Of a stretch of 64,000 bases of DNA, positions 12,662-26,573 are shown in pieces. Both the position numbers and the translations under genes were made by a program. The DNA comes from Callorhinchus milii (taxonomy: Eukaryota): NCBI RefSeq assembly GCF_018977255.1, contig NW_024704743.1, positions 91,638,001-91,702,000 on the forward strand, written 5' to 3'. Under the pieces are notes generated by a model, which saw only the letters and a list, made by a program, of their open reading frames with translations, was not told the origin of the DNA and did not search any database. How positions within the stretch are numbered: position 1 is the stretch's first letter; the number at the start of each line of letters is the position of its first letter.

Positions 12662-12987
12662 CATCTCAAAGCGCTTCACAGAATATACTGTAAAGTGAAT
12701 TGATTGTATATTTTGTGGGCACAACGTGGCAGCCAATTGTGTACAGCAGTGTCCCACAAACAGTTGTGGATTGAGTGACCAAATTATTATTTTATTTTTT
12801 TGAAGGGATTATTACCCCTGGAAAAGCAATCCACCAATCGACTAACAACCAGGTTCCTACTTACAGCCAGGTTAACAGAGGCATGTGGACTAAAGAAAGT
12901 TGCCCTACATTTTGCCCTGCCCAGGAATTGAACACAGGTCCTTTCGCTTGCAAGGCAAGTGCTCTAAGCACTGAGCTACAAGACTCC
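12662..12987 (-). mobile_element. tRNA-derived SINE, long variant, 3' tail truncated
   Basis: Head ggagtcttgtagctcagtgcttagagcac on minus strand; middle block ctgttaacctggctgtaagtaggaacc. Confidence 0.85.
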
Positions 12988-13744
12988 AAAAATAATATTA
13001 ACGGGTATGGAGATGCAACAGAGGAATGGAATTAGAGTAGATAACTCCAGTGGGGGGGAAACTAGTGCTAAATGGCCTCCTTCTGTGCTGTAAATATTCT
13101 ATGATTTTGCATAATAAAGACCATGAAATGACTAAAAATTGTATTCAAGTTTTTAACCCTGTGTGAAGAGATTAAACATGTCTTATTTCACAAATTCTGA
13201 ATCAACACTGATCACAACGAGTTACAGAACCCAGTTAATAAAATAAATGGATTATTTATTTGCATTTATTAATTAAAACTGTTAATCTAATCATAAATCA
13301 ATTTCAGAATTTCTGTTAAAACTCTTGGGTAAAAGAGATCAAGCAATTTCAAAAGTGCTTCTATAAAGCAGTAGTTTGTTCATTAGAATGTATAAATTAT
13401 TAGTATATGTCTGTGGAAATATTCCTTTTAACTAAATGTTCTCATTAAAGCAGTCTTTATTAACAGTCCCATACTGCAGTATTTATGTTTGTTCTGCAAC
13501 AACTTCTGCTAAGCCCTGACATTAGCAATTCCAAAGGGCCAATTCTTCAATAGTTGGTAAATATACTGACCTCAGCAGTGAGTAGATTTCATTCTGTGCT
13601 GGTAAGTGAACTTGCTGAACAAGGAACTTACCAGATGAAAATAGAATTACAAGAACATGAACTTCTGTATCACCTTTTACATAGTTAAATATCTCACAAA
13701 GTGCTTAGGGTCGAATATCTACTGCAGTTATCTATGTCAGAACT

Positions 13745-14085
13745 TTGATCTCACAGTCTACCTAACAGTGCAGTGCTGCATTGTCGGAGAAACTGTCCTA
13801 CGGATGAGACATTAAACCGAAATCCCGTCTTCCTGTTCAGGTGAATGTTAAAGAACCCAAATCAAAAAGTGAAGTCGTTTCTCTCAGTGTACTGGACAAC
13901 AATGCCCCCAAATAAGATTGGTCACTCACTTCACAGCCGTTTGTAGGACATTGCAGTGTGCAAACTGGCAGCTGAGTTTGCTTACATAGAAAGTCGTTAC
14001 GCTTCACAGTAAAATCCTGTTTAGCGCCCTGAATCTGCTCGATGATGTGATGAGGCGATGCATCAAAATACAAAGATTATTATTA
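13745..14085 (+). mobile_element. Deu-domain SINE, head lost
   Basis: gtgctgcattgtcggaga...tcctacggatgagacattaaaccgaaatcccgtc...ttcaggtgaatgttaaaga and L2-type tail. Confidence 0.75.
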
Positions 14086-14309
14086 TCTACTGTAATCATG
14101 TATTGTTTGTTTAAAGAATATTTACAGCACAGAATGAGGCATTTTGTACTGGTTTCCTCCACTCCCCCTTCCACAGCCATTCTCTCCTCTAATCCCATAA
14201 CACTTAGCCCAGCTCCATGAATGATTATGTGGAATGTGTGGTGCCACACAACTCCAAGAGTTGTTCCTTAAGAAATTTCTCAGTAATGAAGACATAATAA
14301 TAGTAATGA

Positions 14310-14531
14310 CGATAATAATCCCTCCAAAAAACAAAAACAATAATTAAATTGGTCATTTTCAATCTACGACTGTTTGTGGGACATTGCTGTGCGCAATTGG
14401 CTGCCGCGTTCGCCCACAAATATACAGTCAATTCACTTTACAGTGTGTTCTGTGAAGCGCTTTGGGACGTCCTCCCGACGTGAAAAGCGCTATATCAAAT
14501 GCAAGGACTATTATTAAGGATTATTATTATT
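14310..14531 (+). mobile_element. tRNA-derived SINE, short variant, 5'-truncated, young
   Basis: Nearly identical to the 3' two-thirds of 32622-32963. Confidence 0.9.
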
Positions 14532-15426
14532 TTAACTGGTGAATCCTGCAGTATTTCTTGGTGACATCGGGCAATAGAGTCATGAGAGAATATTTGCTGC
14601 AGTAATTAATTTTGCACTGGTGCTCAATATATATCAAAATGTAGTTACTCAACACCCTAACTCATTTAAATTATGTATCCACTGTAGCAATTAATTTGCT
14701 ATGAGCTAAAGATGAAATGTGGTTTGGGATGTCCTCCCGCCATGAAAGACACTATATAAATGCAATTTGTTATTGGTTACGTTCTACAGTCACAAGTGGG
14801 TGTTGTATTTGTGTATTTTGTCTTGCCCTTACACTTCATTTATATCAATTGGTTTACATAGTTGGTTAACACAGCATTGTAAAACCCAAGATATATTGGG
14901 TACGTTTTTTGATTAAACAAACTGTGACCTACATAGAATCACAGTCAATTTACAGCTCAGAAGGAGGTGATTTCCTGGAGTTCTCTATTTAATCCCATTC
15001 CCTTGCTCTTTCCCCATCATGTCTATGATACTATACAAAATGACATTTGTAGAGCACCTTTCATATCTGGAGGATTTCCTGAGGCGGTGGTAGCTCACTG
15101 ATGATGGTGCTCACTCCTTCACTGGAGCTATCTACTCTAATCCAAATCCTCTGATATCTTATAACCTTAAACTGTCATAGTATTTTATCTCAAAGATTTT
15201 ACAATTCTTTTTGAAATGATATGGACTCAACTTCAACACTCATTTGGGAAGAACTTAAACACTCCGAGACACCTCCCTGTGTGAAGTGTGCAATATAAAT
15301 GCAAATTGTTATTGTTGTAAATCATTAAACCTCAGCAAAAATATTCTGCATTTCAATCATCTATTCCTCAGTTCGATCCAAACAAAATGCTCCGCATTAG
15401 CTAAGTGGGCCTGTATATTAGGTTAT

Positions 15427-15750
15427 AACAATAATAATTCTCGCATTTGATATCACATATCACCGTATCACATCTTTGAAACATCCCAAAAAGCTACACA
15501 GAATACACTATAAAGTGAATTAACTGTATATTTTGTGGGTGAAACTTGGCAGCCAATTGAGTACAGCAGTGTCCCACAAACAATCGTGGACTGAAGTGAC
15601 CAAGTTATTATTATTTTTTCTTTTGAAGGAATTATTATCCCCAGAAAAGCAATCCGCCAATCGACCAACAACCGGGTTCCTACTTACTGCTAGGTAAACA
15701 GGCATGTGGAGTAAGGAAATTTGCCCAACATTTCCCCCTGCCGGGAATCC
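15427..15750 (-). mobile_element. tRNA-derived SINE, long variant, head truncated; a second SINE tail follows at about 15750-15910
   Basis: aaagcaatccgccaatcgaccaacaaccgggttcctacttactgctaggtaaacagg matches the 58550-58610 block. Confidence 0.85.
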
Positions 15751-16691
15751 TTGCACATGATACAGCGCTTTATCACATTGTTGAGACATCTCAAAGCGCT
15801 TCCTAGGATATACTGTAAAGATTGGGGACTGCCTATTTTGTAGGTGAACTCAGCAGCCATTTGCATACAGCAATGTCCCACAATGTCCCACAGACAGCCA
15901 TGAAGTGAATGAGGTAGTGGTGTACTCTAGCAAGATCCCAGGTTTGTTTTCTAGTCTGTGCTGAACTTCCCAATCATTCTTTTGGCTTCTTTGTCTACAA
16001 AACCAGTCACCACACTTGACAGCAATTATTTTGAGATGTTTCTACAAGATAACGTGCTATAAAGACACAGGTCTTTATATTCCTTGCTCAAGGCTTTTTG
16101 GCAGGTCCTTGTTTTATGCTCTTGCTAAGCTTTCTTAAAGCTGGGTGTTGCTACCTTTTCTCCAGCATACAAGTTCATATTACAGGGGAAACTCCTACAC
16201 TGTTCTATTTCATATCAGGAAAAGTATTCCAATAAGAGTTATATCCAAAGCTTTATAGCCAGCAGTAAAAGCCTGTGCTGCTGTTTGATAAAATAAATGA
16301 TTTTGCTTTGCTTTGTTCAAGCTTTGCTCTGATAAATGATCGTTGTGACTGTATACCTCATGGTATACATTGCCTTCATCAAAATACCTCACAGTGACAT
16401 TCCAACAGCTGACATTCACATTGTGCTGCTTTAAATCTGAGAACTTTATCCGTGAAACTGTATTATTAGAAAATAGTCAATATATGGAATAAGGCAAGAG
16501 GAAGGTATTTAGGACAGAAAATGACATTTGGCCCAAGGAGGATTGAAATGCAACATGTGTAAGCTTTGTACTGTATCACCTGAAAAATTGTTCAAAAGGG
16601 TTAACTGTAGAAGCGGGTTATTTATTATTTGTTTCCAGGATTAAAAATAGGTTAATGGCATAGGTGAGCTAGCCTGTTTCTACTGGACATT

Positions 16692-16720
16692 TGTGTGTGT
16701 GTGTGTGAGTGTGTGTGTGG
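16692..16720. repeat. (TG)n microsatellite; a second imperfect tract lies near 16861-16888
   Basis: tgtgtgtgtgtgtgtgagtgtgtgtgtg. Confidence 0.9.
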
Positions 16721-17496
16721 GAGTGGGGGTGATGTAGTGGGAAGCTGTAGAAAGAAAATAGCTCATCGTACGAATGAGTTACTCTGCTATTTCTAGTACG
16801 TTCGGCAGAGAGAGATGCTGAATGGCCACAAATATGAATGCATTGCTCCATTATTTCCACTGTGTGCGGGTATGTGTGTGTTTGTGTGGAGTGGGGTGGG
16901 GGTGGGGAACAGGTTAGAAAGCCCAATAATGGGAATAAACTGTTAATCACATTCTGTGCGTGGGATGGAAGTGGGGAGACGAAAGGAATAGAGCCAGATA
17001 ACTGGTATTAATCTAAATTTCTTATTTTGCAATAAATGAGGTGCTCTGACAGTTTCATTCTGTGTGTTTCACTGGTGGGTGGAGAAGGGGGGGATTAAAG
17101 GTTTGTTAAAATAGCATTGTCTGTTGGGGGGGCACAGCAAAGATAATTGTGTGTAATCTGAATCATGTTCAACTGTTTAATGTAGGTCAGTGACGTCACT
17201 GGCATCTGTTAGCTGTTCATATTAAAGCTGCTTTAATACGAAACAGAATTAGAAAAACACAAATGTTATTTTCAGAAGATGCTGGAATTAAAGGGGTGAA
17301 ATTTGAGATAGTCTATAATGCGCTGCTTGTGATAAATGCTTCAAATTTAATTCCTCCATCATCCCTGGATTTTCCTCACCCAACAACCCCAGCCTGACTC
17401 CCCTTTCCCTCCCTACACATGAAACCCACACAGCATCAGGATTGAGTTTGAGAAAACAGGAATCCCTGATTTAAACTTAATTTGGGGGCCTAAAAG

Positions 17497-17757
17497 TAAT
17501 AATAATAATAATAATCCTTGCATTTGATATAGCGCTTTTCACGTCGGGAGGATGTCCCAAAGCGCTTCACAGAACACACTGTAAAGTGAATTGACTGTAT
17601 ATTTGTGGGCGAACGCGGCAGCCAATTGCGCACAGCAATGTCCCACAAACAGTCGTAGATTGAAAATGACCAATTTAATTATTGTTTTTGGCTTTGGAGG
17701 GATTATTATTAGGCGTGTGGAGTAAGGAAACTTGCCCTAGGTTTCGCCCTGCCTGGA
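17497..17757 (-). mobile_element. tRNA-derived SINE, short variant, head truncated, young
   Basis: Near-identical to 6893-7223 up to gcctggaa. Confidence 0.9.
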
Positions 17758-18689
17758 AGCATTTCAATGCCACATAAATTGACCAAATTAAGTGTGTTTC
17801 TCCTAGTTTGGAAGTATAAATCTGCCTCAATAAAGGGACCAAATGGTACCCAATCCCTGGGGCTCGAAAAACAAGATGGCGGCAGCTACCAGCCTTGGGA
17901 GCAGGGTGAAGTCAGCAATATCAGTCAGTGGCGATAATTACAGAATGAAATTTGTAGCATTTTATACAATACTTTATACTTTATGTTGGTTACCTCTTTC
18001 TATCTTTGACAGCGCCTGTGATCACCTCCCTCTCCCCCTTGCTTCAAGCCTGATCTCATCACTGCACAGTGCTCTGAGAAGTCAGCTGATGTGAAGGGCG
18101 CTGTATAAATACAAGCTGGTGTTGTCGATGGTTATCACAAGACGTCTGTTGTCAAACATCATAAATTGCACCATCGATAATTTTACTTAAGCAGGATTAA
18201 AGGTTGGCTTTAAAAATATACGGTGACATTTGCATTGTGATATACTAGTTATCACCAATAATTATTCATATATCATTTAAATATCACCAATTATTTATTC
18301 ATTTCATTAGTAAAGGTAGTCAAGACAGTCGATAATTAAAGAGAGATTATCTTTAATCCCTCCCTCGCTTCTATGACAATGGTTGGACTCGAAGCTATTA
18401 TAAACTTGTTCCTGAAGATGCCCATTCAATCAAAATATGGTCATGGGGAAACACCCACCAAATTTGTTCAAATGTTATTGGCCACATCTGATGCTGCTGT
18501 ACATAAGCTAGTGTTGGTTCATGAAACACAGGCTTAAATCACCTTTTAAGCACACAATGGTGGCTTTGGGAACAGTTATTGTCTCGGTGTTTGGGTGGAT
18601 CTATAATCATAGACTAGTTGACGTTTTCAATAATTGGCTGGCCTTACTGTTCACTATGCTGCTGCTGATCATAATGATAATTATTATCT

Positions 18690-18871
18690 TAATTAATTAT
18701 CTTTAGTAATTAACGACTGTTCATGGGACACTGCTCTGCGCAATTGGCTGCCGCATTTCACCCACAAAATATACAATCAATTCACTTTACAGTATATTCT
18801 GTGAAGCGCTTTGAGACATCTCGAAGATGTGATAGGGCACTATATCAAATGGAAGGATTATTATTATTATT
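18690..18871 (+). mobile_element. SINE 3' half with L2-type tail; a second older tail follows at about 18920-19030
   Basis: gacactgctctgcgcaattggctgccgc...gtgaagcgctttgagacatctcgaagatgtgataggg...(tta)n. Confidence 0.8.
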
Positions 18872-21800
18872 AGCTGGCTTTTTGACCACAATGTACTAGT
18901 TATTGCTGGTGATTCTAGTACTCACCCACAAAATACACAGTTAAAACACTTTACAGTACATCCTGTGAAGAGCTCTGAGATGTCTTTATGACGTGATGAG
19001 GCGCTATTTCAAATACAAGGATTTTTATTATTAAAACAGTGTTATTAATACTTGCATTTGGTATAGTGCCTTTCACATCAATATTCATGATACGATTAAA
19101 TTACATCACAGCTTGCAATTTTTACTCCATTATTTTTTATCTATCTGTGAGCCGATGTTCACTATAAATGTTATAATCTAGTAAAAAAATCTCGCCTGCT
19201 GAGTTGTTGGTGTGAGAGTAATACAATATCATTTTTTACATCAGAATTTACATTTATATAGGCCTTTTACATTGGGAGAATCTCTCAATTCGCTTTACAC
19301 AACTGGCTGGGTATCTGAATTGGGGAGGGGTAGATGAAGAGGGCAGGAGTAGGGGGTGAGGATGGCCATTAATATGGTCAAAGATGTAAGACTTAAGAAG
19401 GAAAGGCACGTGTGCAAGAACAGAATAATAAGATGCAGATTCCTCGTCACCATGCGTGAGGTGGTTAAGAATTACATGTAAGGGAACCAATGAGAAAAAT
19501 AACAAGCACATACAGAAAAGGTTATTCCAAAGTATTGGTCATAACATCCACCTTAATCAACTTCCAGTTTGTAAAGTCAGTCATAAACATGAATTGTATC
19601 CTTAGTAAATATCCCACAGCTGCAGTTAAATTATCCACATTACTGTGACATCTGTTACAATCTTTCTGAATCACCATTTTGTCTCAAATAATAAATTGAA
19701 CATTATTATTTTGTTTAACAAGAGCTATCTGAATCCAGCTCCATAACCAAATCTAGACCCAGGTAAAATCCCCCTGCTCTCCGCCCTCATTCTAACAACT
19801 TTCTCTGTGAAGATATTTTTTTCTCTAACCTTAACTCTTCCAGAGCATTTTCAGTTTTATATTTCTTCCGGTTATATTTTAGTTTATATTGTTCGTTTTG
19901 TTCCTATTGTTCCATTATATTAATGGACATGCCAGGAAATCCTGCGATGCTAAAAAATGAAACAGAAAACTGATGCATCAGCAACTACCACAGAAAATAG
20001 ATTAGTTTGACATTCAAGTACTTTTATTGATTGGATATGGTTCCATGGAGCACAATTTTGCCCATCACTGTCTAGCCACATAACAGACTGAGAAATATTA
20101 GTTATCTTGTAATCATCTGTATGTGCTTTATACAATACCATATCACCACTCTTTTCAAAGGACTGACAGGAACTGCCCACTCCAACATCCAGAACTCAAA
20201 TTATAGCCAACAATTCATATTCTGGCCATTTAGAACAATCCTTGCATTTGACATAGCCTTTCATGTCATCAAAGCTTCACAGGACTTATTGTAAAGTGTA
20301 GTGACTATGCAGTTTGTAGATGAATATGAATAATTTACACGCAACAATGTCCCTCAAACAGCCATGGAGTGAATGAGCAATTTTATCCTGGGGTGTTGCT
20401 GGCTGCGACACTGAGAGAAACGCACTTCTCTTTCCAAATAGTGCTAAATTAGGATTGAATTTAAGAATTCTCCAAAATAATGTTAAATTTTAAGATATTG
20501 ATCTTCAAACTTTTCTGTTTTTGGAACAATCTTGAACAATTTAGTAGATTATGTAAGCAGTAATATTAACGTTAGAGCAGTCAACACAAACCAATTTCAC
20601 ACCAAAAATCTTTTGATATCTGTATGTGGGCGGATTCAGTCAAGGGATTATAGGATAAAATTTGCGGTGTTCCTAATTAATCTTGACGTAAACTATCACC
20701 AACCAGGTATAGCTACATACCCCTCCATGTAAATGGTTTGTTTCTTTCTCAGGTGCCTGTCTGCCTATTTTTTGTATCTCAGGTAGATGATTTTTCTACT
20801 GAAAATTTCAGGCCTTAAATTGTTTATTTGATCAATATTTGTTTTATATCTTTGAAATTCTGAGGGGTGGAAGCATCACTCGGCTAAAAAATTATTTTCT
20901 AGCAATGAACTTGGTTGCCTTGGGCCTAGCCATTTGAATAAACTTGGGAACGGAGGAAAGATAATGAATGGATAGTTTTGAAAACTGAAGTGTCTGGAAA
21001 TATGGATGTATTTTTAACCAAACACATATTGTCTAAAATGTCTACAAAATACAGTCACTACATATTGCAGTATTACCCTTTACAGCATTTAGAGACATCC
21101 TCCTGATGTTCAAGGTGCTATGTTAAATTCACGGTTTATTCTCTTTTATTTATGATGGATAAACCACAACATATTCTGCACTACAGTATTTCCAGAATAT
21201 TATAGATATTTTGCATGCTTGTGCCTGTCAAGAGAGGACATTAAATTATATCTGCAATGCTGTGCATAAATATAGAAATGCCATATATAGCATTCATCTG
21301 AAATTAGTGTGTGAGATGGAAAAAAAATCGGTGTCTGCTTTTGTAACAGCCACTTTTTCCCATTCACATTTGCTGCGTGGATTACTACTGAGGTATGTAT
21401 TGCTATTCCCAGCGTTCAAAAATGTAATTTCTCTCCACGTAAATATCACCCTTTGATCACAGATTTAATCCAGAGTGTGCACCAATTACTCAGAGCAAAA
21501 GCAGTTCACTGACATGGTGTCCTTAATAAAGCAAGTGAAGTGTCATCAATAAAAAGGTTCTTTTCTAGTAAACGTGACTCCTCATTCTTATCTTTTATTC
21601 CGTGTTCTTTCTTTATAAATGCCACTAGCACTCAAGCAGTGTCCTGCCATGTGTCTGTTGTTCAGCCATCAGTCAGTGACTGATCCCTCACAGAGTATTG
21701 GAGATTATTCACTTAGGCTATAAAACTACAGCAAACTCAATGAGCTTTTTCTTACGGCCTATTAACTGGTGCAGAGAAGTGTGGATGTTGGTAGTTTCAC

Positions 21801-22559
21801 TAATGATCTTCAGCAGTGCTTGAAACATTGGGGACTATGTTGCAAACGCTCAAAGTACACACATAAATCACTGTATATGAGGCTAAATTGCCTTCTATTA
21901 AAAACATGTCAATTCTTCCCAGAAGCAAACAGTTAAAGGAAACACTTACTAGTGCTCTGAAATTAAGACATTAAACCTGCTATGTCTATGTTGCTTTTAA
22001 TTCTTTCTATCTATTTAAAAATAGCTGCAAATTAAGTCTATGCTTAATTCTGCAAACATATGCTTGGTTTGTCACAAACACAAAGAGCCTTGTATTTGTT
22101 ATTTTAGAAAATAAACATTTCTTTCCACAAATGCCTTTCACAGCACTGATGGAGAGGCAATAGCTACAAAATGTAATTATTGTAAATGTGTGATTATGAT
22201 TAAATTGTAAGTAAAACCCGGCTGAACCATTAAAGGCAGAATCAGACAAATCTAACAGTTGGCTATGTTTTACCCAAAGGGAATTAAGCAAGGGTCTTGA
22301 TCTAGATAGCTTGAATGAATTTTGATCAGATGGGAGTCAGAAGTGTGGAAACCCTTCGCCGTGCTTAATAGTCTCCAATTCCAAATACTGAAGACTCAGA
22401 AGCTGAGTTTCTGTTGACTGGTTTCAGAGATCCAGTCTCCCCAGAGTGCGGTATACTCCACTTGTCTATGGCCACAGAGCACACATGTATGAATGGTAGG
22501 ATCCAAGGCTTTTGGGACACCAAAGTGTGCATTAGGGCATTGCAGGAATTGAACCAATT

Positions 22560-22740
22560 AATATTGCACAGCTCGCCGGGATAAGACAAGCTGTTTGTAA
22601 GATGTTGCTCACACAGCTTTGCAGTGGAAAGAATCTTGTCCTAAGTCACACCTTTCTGAGTTCTCATTGATAAACCAAGCAGTCTAGTCGGTTATCAGCA
22701 GTGCTGTGAACTACTGCATACCTGCCTGGCACAGTTATTG
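22560..22740 (-). repeat. Third, more degraded copy of the 2520/39580 repeat family
   Basis: atcagcagtgctgtgaactactgcatacctgcctggcacag resembles 2796 atcagcagtgtcctggagtactgcatatctgcctggctcag. Confidence 0.6.
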
Positions 22741-22869
22741 GATCACATCGAACACAGAGAGTACACACAGCTCTGAGCTCTCCTCACCAAGCCTGCCACC
22801 ATGGAGCCAAGGACACAACACTTACTACCTCCCTCCATTCTAGAATAGATCATAACATTGATTTGAAGA

Positions 22870-23035
22870 TCATCAAGACCTTCCCCTTCGACAGTGCTTT
22901 TGATCTCCCTGCTCCCCACCTGTCCTCCACCCTCCTGCAGCCCAACCCCCGTAATTCCAGCATATTCCAGCGCCTTGGGACGTCCTTCCGACATGAAAGG
23001 CATATACAAATGTGATTTTATTGTTGTTGTTGTTT
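22870..23035 (+). mobile_element. L2 LINE 3' end
   Basis: tcaagaccttccccttcgacagtgcttttg...cagcgccttgggacgtccttccgacatgaaaggc...(ttg)n. Confidence 0.85.
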
Positions 23036-24081
23036 GTTTGAAGAAGACTCTTTGGCCCACCTGACCTTAACCCTCTGAAACACCAATCCTGCCATTCTCT
23101 CATCAGAGCATTAAACTGTCTATTAAATGACAACAGAGTCCTGGCTTTAACTACCCTTCCCAGCAAACTGTTAATAAAATAAAGTATCCTATGAGGATGT
23201 TCTGGTATTTGATACTTCTCTGCACTTTTTCTTCCATTAGTATTTATTGTCCATCTCCCCTTTCCCCAACCAACCCAACTCGTCACCAGTAGATAACCAG
23301 TAGACACTACATACTGTCTGGCAAGTCTCTGATTTGATATTCTTCTTCCTGATAAGCCAGTTGAACACAGAAATGAATGATAGAATGAATCTCCTCTATA
23401 AAATAAACAGCCGCCAAAGGACTTAGGCTATTCAAGGACCAATTCAATGAATCAGCTTCCACAAGACACATTATTTTGAGAAGGTTGGCATCTTTGTGAT
23501 GTTGAGGGTATTAGAATTAAATAATTTTTTAACTGAAAATAAATCACTTCTGGAAAGCATTCCATGGATCTACTACAAGAAATACAATATTGCTGTAGAG
23601 CGATAAGTACACGCAACTATTTAAATAATAAACTTAGTTTTGTATCTTCGAGTGCTAAGCACTGCCCAGTGAAAATCACAAGCTAGCTCTGATGTTAGTG
23701 AAAGAGTGCTGCCAAACATATGGGCGTATTAGGCCATAATCAATTACAAAGATCCTTCATCAAAGATCACAACGCCCATAGGCCAACCTAATCTCATTAC
23801 TTCAAAATATCCAAATTTACTGTTACCCCATCACAACATGATGCTGTTTTTTAAATGCGTCCAGTGTCCTGGCCTCAGCCATCTTTCCTGGCAACCCATT
23901 CCTATCATTTACCTAAATCTATCTAAATTTATTTATTTACCTAAGATGTTCGGTAAATTCCAAATTATTCATGAAAAGGAACATTCTAAACCCAGAAATT
24001 TGTAATATTTATCACAACATGATTTTTTAATCATGCAGCAATTCATGTTACACTCATGAAAACACTTACATTTCTATATGA

Positions 24082-24270
24082 TAATAATAATCCTTGCATT
24101 TGGTCACTCAATGTACTCAATCAAGGGTTGATTGACCAAATTATTATTTAATTTTTTTTTGAAAGAATTATTACCCCTGGAAAAGCGATCCGCCAATCGA
24201 CTAACAAATGGGTTCCTACTTACTTCTAGGTTAACAGAGGCGTTTAGAGTAAGGAAACTTACCTAATGTT
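24082..24270 (-). mobile_element. SINE long variant, internally deleted fragment
   Basis: aaagcgatccgccaatcgactaacaaatgggttcctacttacttctaggttaacagagg. Confidence 0.8.
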
Positions 24271-25505
24271 TAGGAGAGAAGGTGGAGGGGGGTGTGGAGA
24301 GAGACAGAGGGTAGAGGACGTGACCATAGATGCAGTCAAAGAAGTAGGTGGTAATGTAGGACATAAAAACAAATAGAGGAGGAGACAAGGCAGAAGGGTC
24401 GAAGGAGTTCACAAAATTAGAATTAGAAAATTTGATATGGACATTTCAGCACTGCAAGAAGACAAATACAAGAACTTGATCAAACTCAATTACTATTGGA
24501 AAAAAGCATTAGAAAGAAATTCAATGTTCCAGACCTATTTTAATGAACAAGAGATAATCTTCCACTGTGCCTCCTCAAACTGAAGTGTGAAGAACTAAAA
24601 GAGTTGTTGATTTACTCTGAAGGAACAGAGCTTTGGCTCTCATTACATCAGATACTTAAAGTATTTAGGTGTCAGCTTGGCTCAATTGGTAGCATTCTGA
24701 TCTCTATTATTATGATTTATCTTTATTATAATCCTGAATCATAAGAGGCCCAAAGAGAAGCAAGATGTTTAGAATGATTTTAGCATCAGTCACTGAAGCT
24801 CTTCCATTCCCTTCTACAAACTTGCCAAAGATCTCTCCTCACAAGACATAGCCTTTTAATCTGCTCTATGGCTTAGTCAACACATTAATTTGATAAGGGT
24901 TGGGTCAGTACCCAAACATATTCTTTTGGGAAGATAAAAGAAAATGTCTTCAGAGTGGAAAGCAGATTTGATAGCCATAGCTATGAAGTCCACTTAAGAG
25001 GGAATTACTAGTGCTTAAATCATGGTCTTCTGTAGGCCTGGTGGGATCAGAGGTAACAAGCACAACATAACTCATCACCAAATGGTAGACACACTGACTG
25101 TCTTGGATTCTAAAAAAATTACTGTCCACTGATGGGGAACAGATTGAAATTGTCAGAGTTCAATACCCATTAATGATAATCATTAGAAGCCATTAGAGAG
25201 ATTCAATTTGATATGATTTAAACTGACTCTCCAGATGTGGAGAATAACGGAGATTAGTGAATCATCCATGCATATCACATAGTTCAAAGTTCCATGGTAC
25301 AAAGAGTCAGTACAGGAGATCTCTGGTGATAAGAGCAACACTAAAAATACATTAATTGGTTCAATCATCCAACTGTGTCATTGGCATACAAAGGGCAGGA
25401 AATAGGAGGAAGCTAATTCTGTCTAAGTGGAACTGGCAATATGGGCTTCATCTGCAGTGTGCAGAATTACACTGCGCACATCTGGGTAGGTGCATTTTCG
25501 ACTGC

Positions 25506-25834
25506 ACTCAATTTAAGAATTTTCCCAAATTCTGCACAATCTTAAATATTAAGGCAATGTCCCCATTACTAAGCCCATAAAAATCTTTAGGCTGCTAATA
25601 TATTGGATAAACTAGTTTTTGTTCATCACATATAAGCAATTCTGCAGTGCAGAATACATTGTAACAACATAAAATCTACTTTCTACAACAATTCAGACTA
25701 GAATGTCCACAACAGCATTGGTTACGTTCTTATATTTGATGACTAGTTAACCCAACAACTCAAAATTCTCCCTGATCTTAGCCATGGGTCATTGCCTTAA
25801 AATTTAAGAATGTGCAAAGATTCTTAAATTGAGT
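25506..25834. repeat. Inverted repeat, possible MITE or foldback remnant
   Basis: Left arm 25506-25563 matches the reverse complement of 25786-25834 (actcaatttaagaat...tgcacattcttaaattttaaggcaatgaccc), with one gap. Confidence 0.7.
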
Positions 25835-26146
25835 CTTAAGCACATCAGAAAACTGACTTCAAAATTATGGCATTCACCTTATGATTACTGACCTGCAAAG
25901 ATAGTTGCTACATTTACTGTAATTACTTGTGAACACTTGAAGAATTTTTCTTTCTAAAAGCCTCTAAAATCCTGGTCTCGGTAGCTAACCACAGTGTTTA
26001 TATTGATTTCATTCTCCCTCTTTTTCACCTGTGGTGGAGTGCTATAAATCAGCGCCTTGGGCCTTCACCTCACTTCAGTTTTGTAATAAAATAATATTTT
26101 TTGATGCCTTTTTTTCAAAGCAGTGAATACATAAGACACTTCAAAT

Positions 26147-26212
26147 ACAACAACAACAACAAGATTCCATTTATAGAGCGCCTTTCACGTCAGGAGGACG
26201 TCCCAAGGCGCT
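26147..26212 (-). mobile_element. L2 LINE extreme 3' tail, young
   Basis: Reverse complement of 27425-27490, including (caa)n. Confidence 0.9.
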
Positions 26213-26324
26213 TGACATGAATACATTCATGTCTGTATTCAAAATATTATTCTGTACAGGTTTATGTAAATACAATACAATTTACAATACAAGGTACTAA
26301 TATTGAATACATTTATTAGATAGT

Positions 26325-26470
26325 TATTTGTGGAGGACATTAGTTTGCAGGGCTATGAGAAGAGAGCGGGGGAGTGGGAATGATTCAGATAGCTCTTTTC
26401 AAAGAGCTGGCACAGACATGATGGGCTGAATGGCCTCCTTCTGTGCTGTAAATTTCTGTGATTCTATGAT
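26325..26470 (+). mobile_element. CR1 LINE 3' end
   Basis: agagctggcacagacatgatgggctgaatggcctccttctgtgctgtaaatttctgtgattctatg. Confidence 0.8.
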
Positions 26471-26573
26471 ATTATGAATGGCTGTCAGCACATAATCAGT
26501 CCTCTTAAATGTAACCCAGGGTTATACCAATTGTTACTTGCTTCACCACAGATCCTGTCTTTGGTCACAGATC

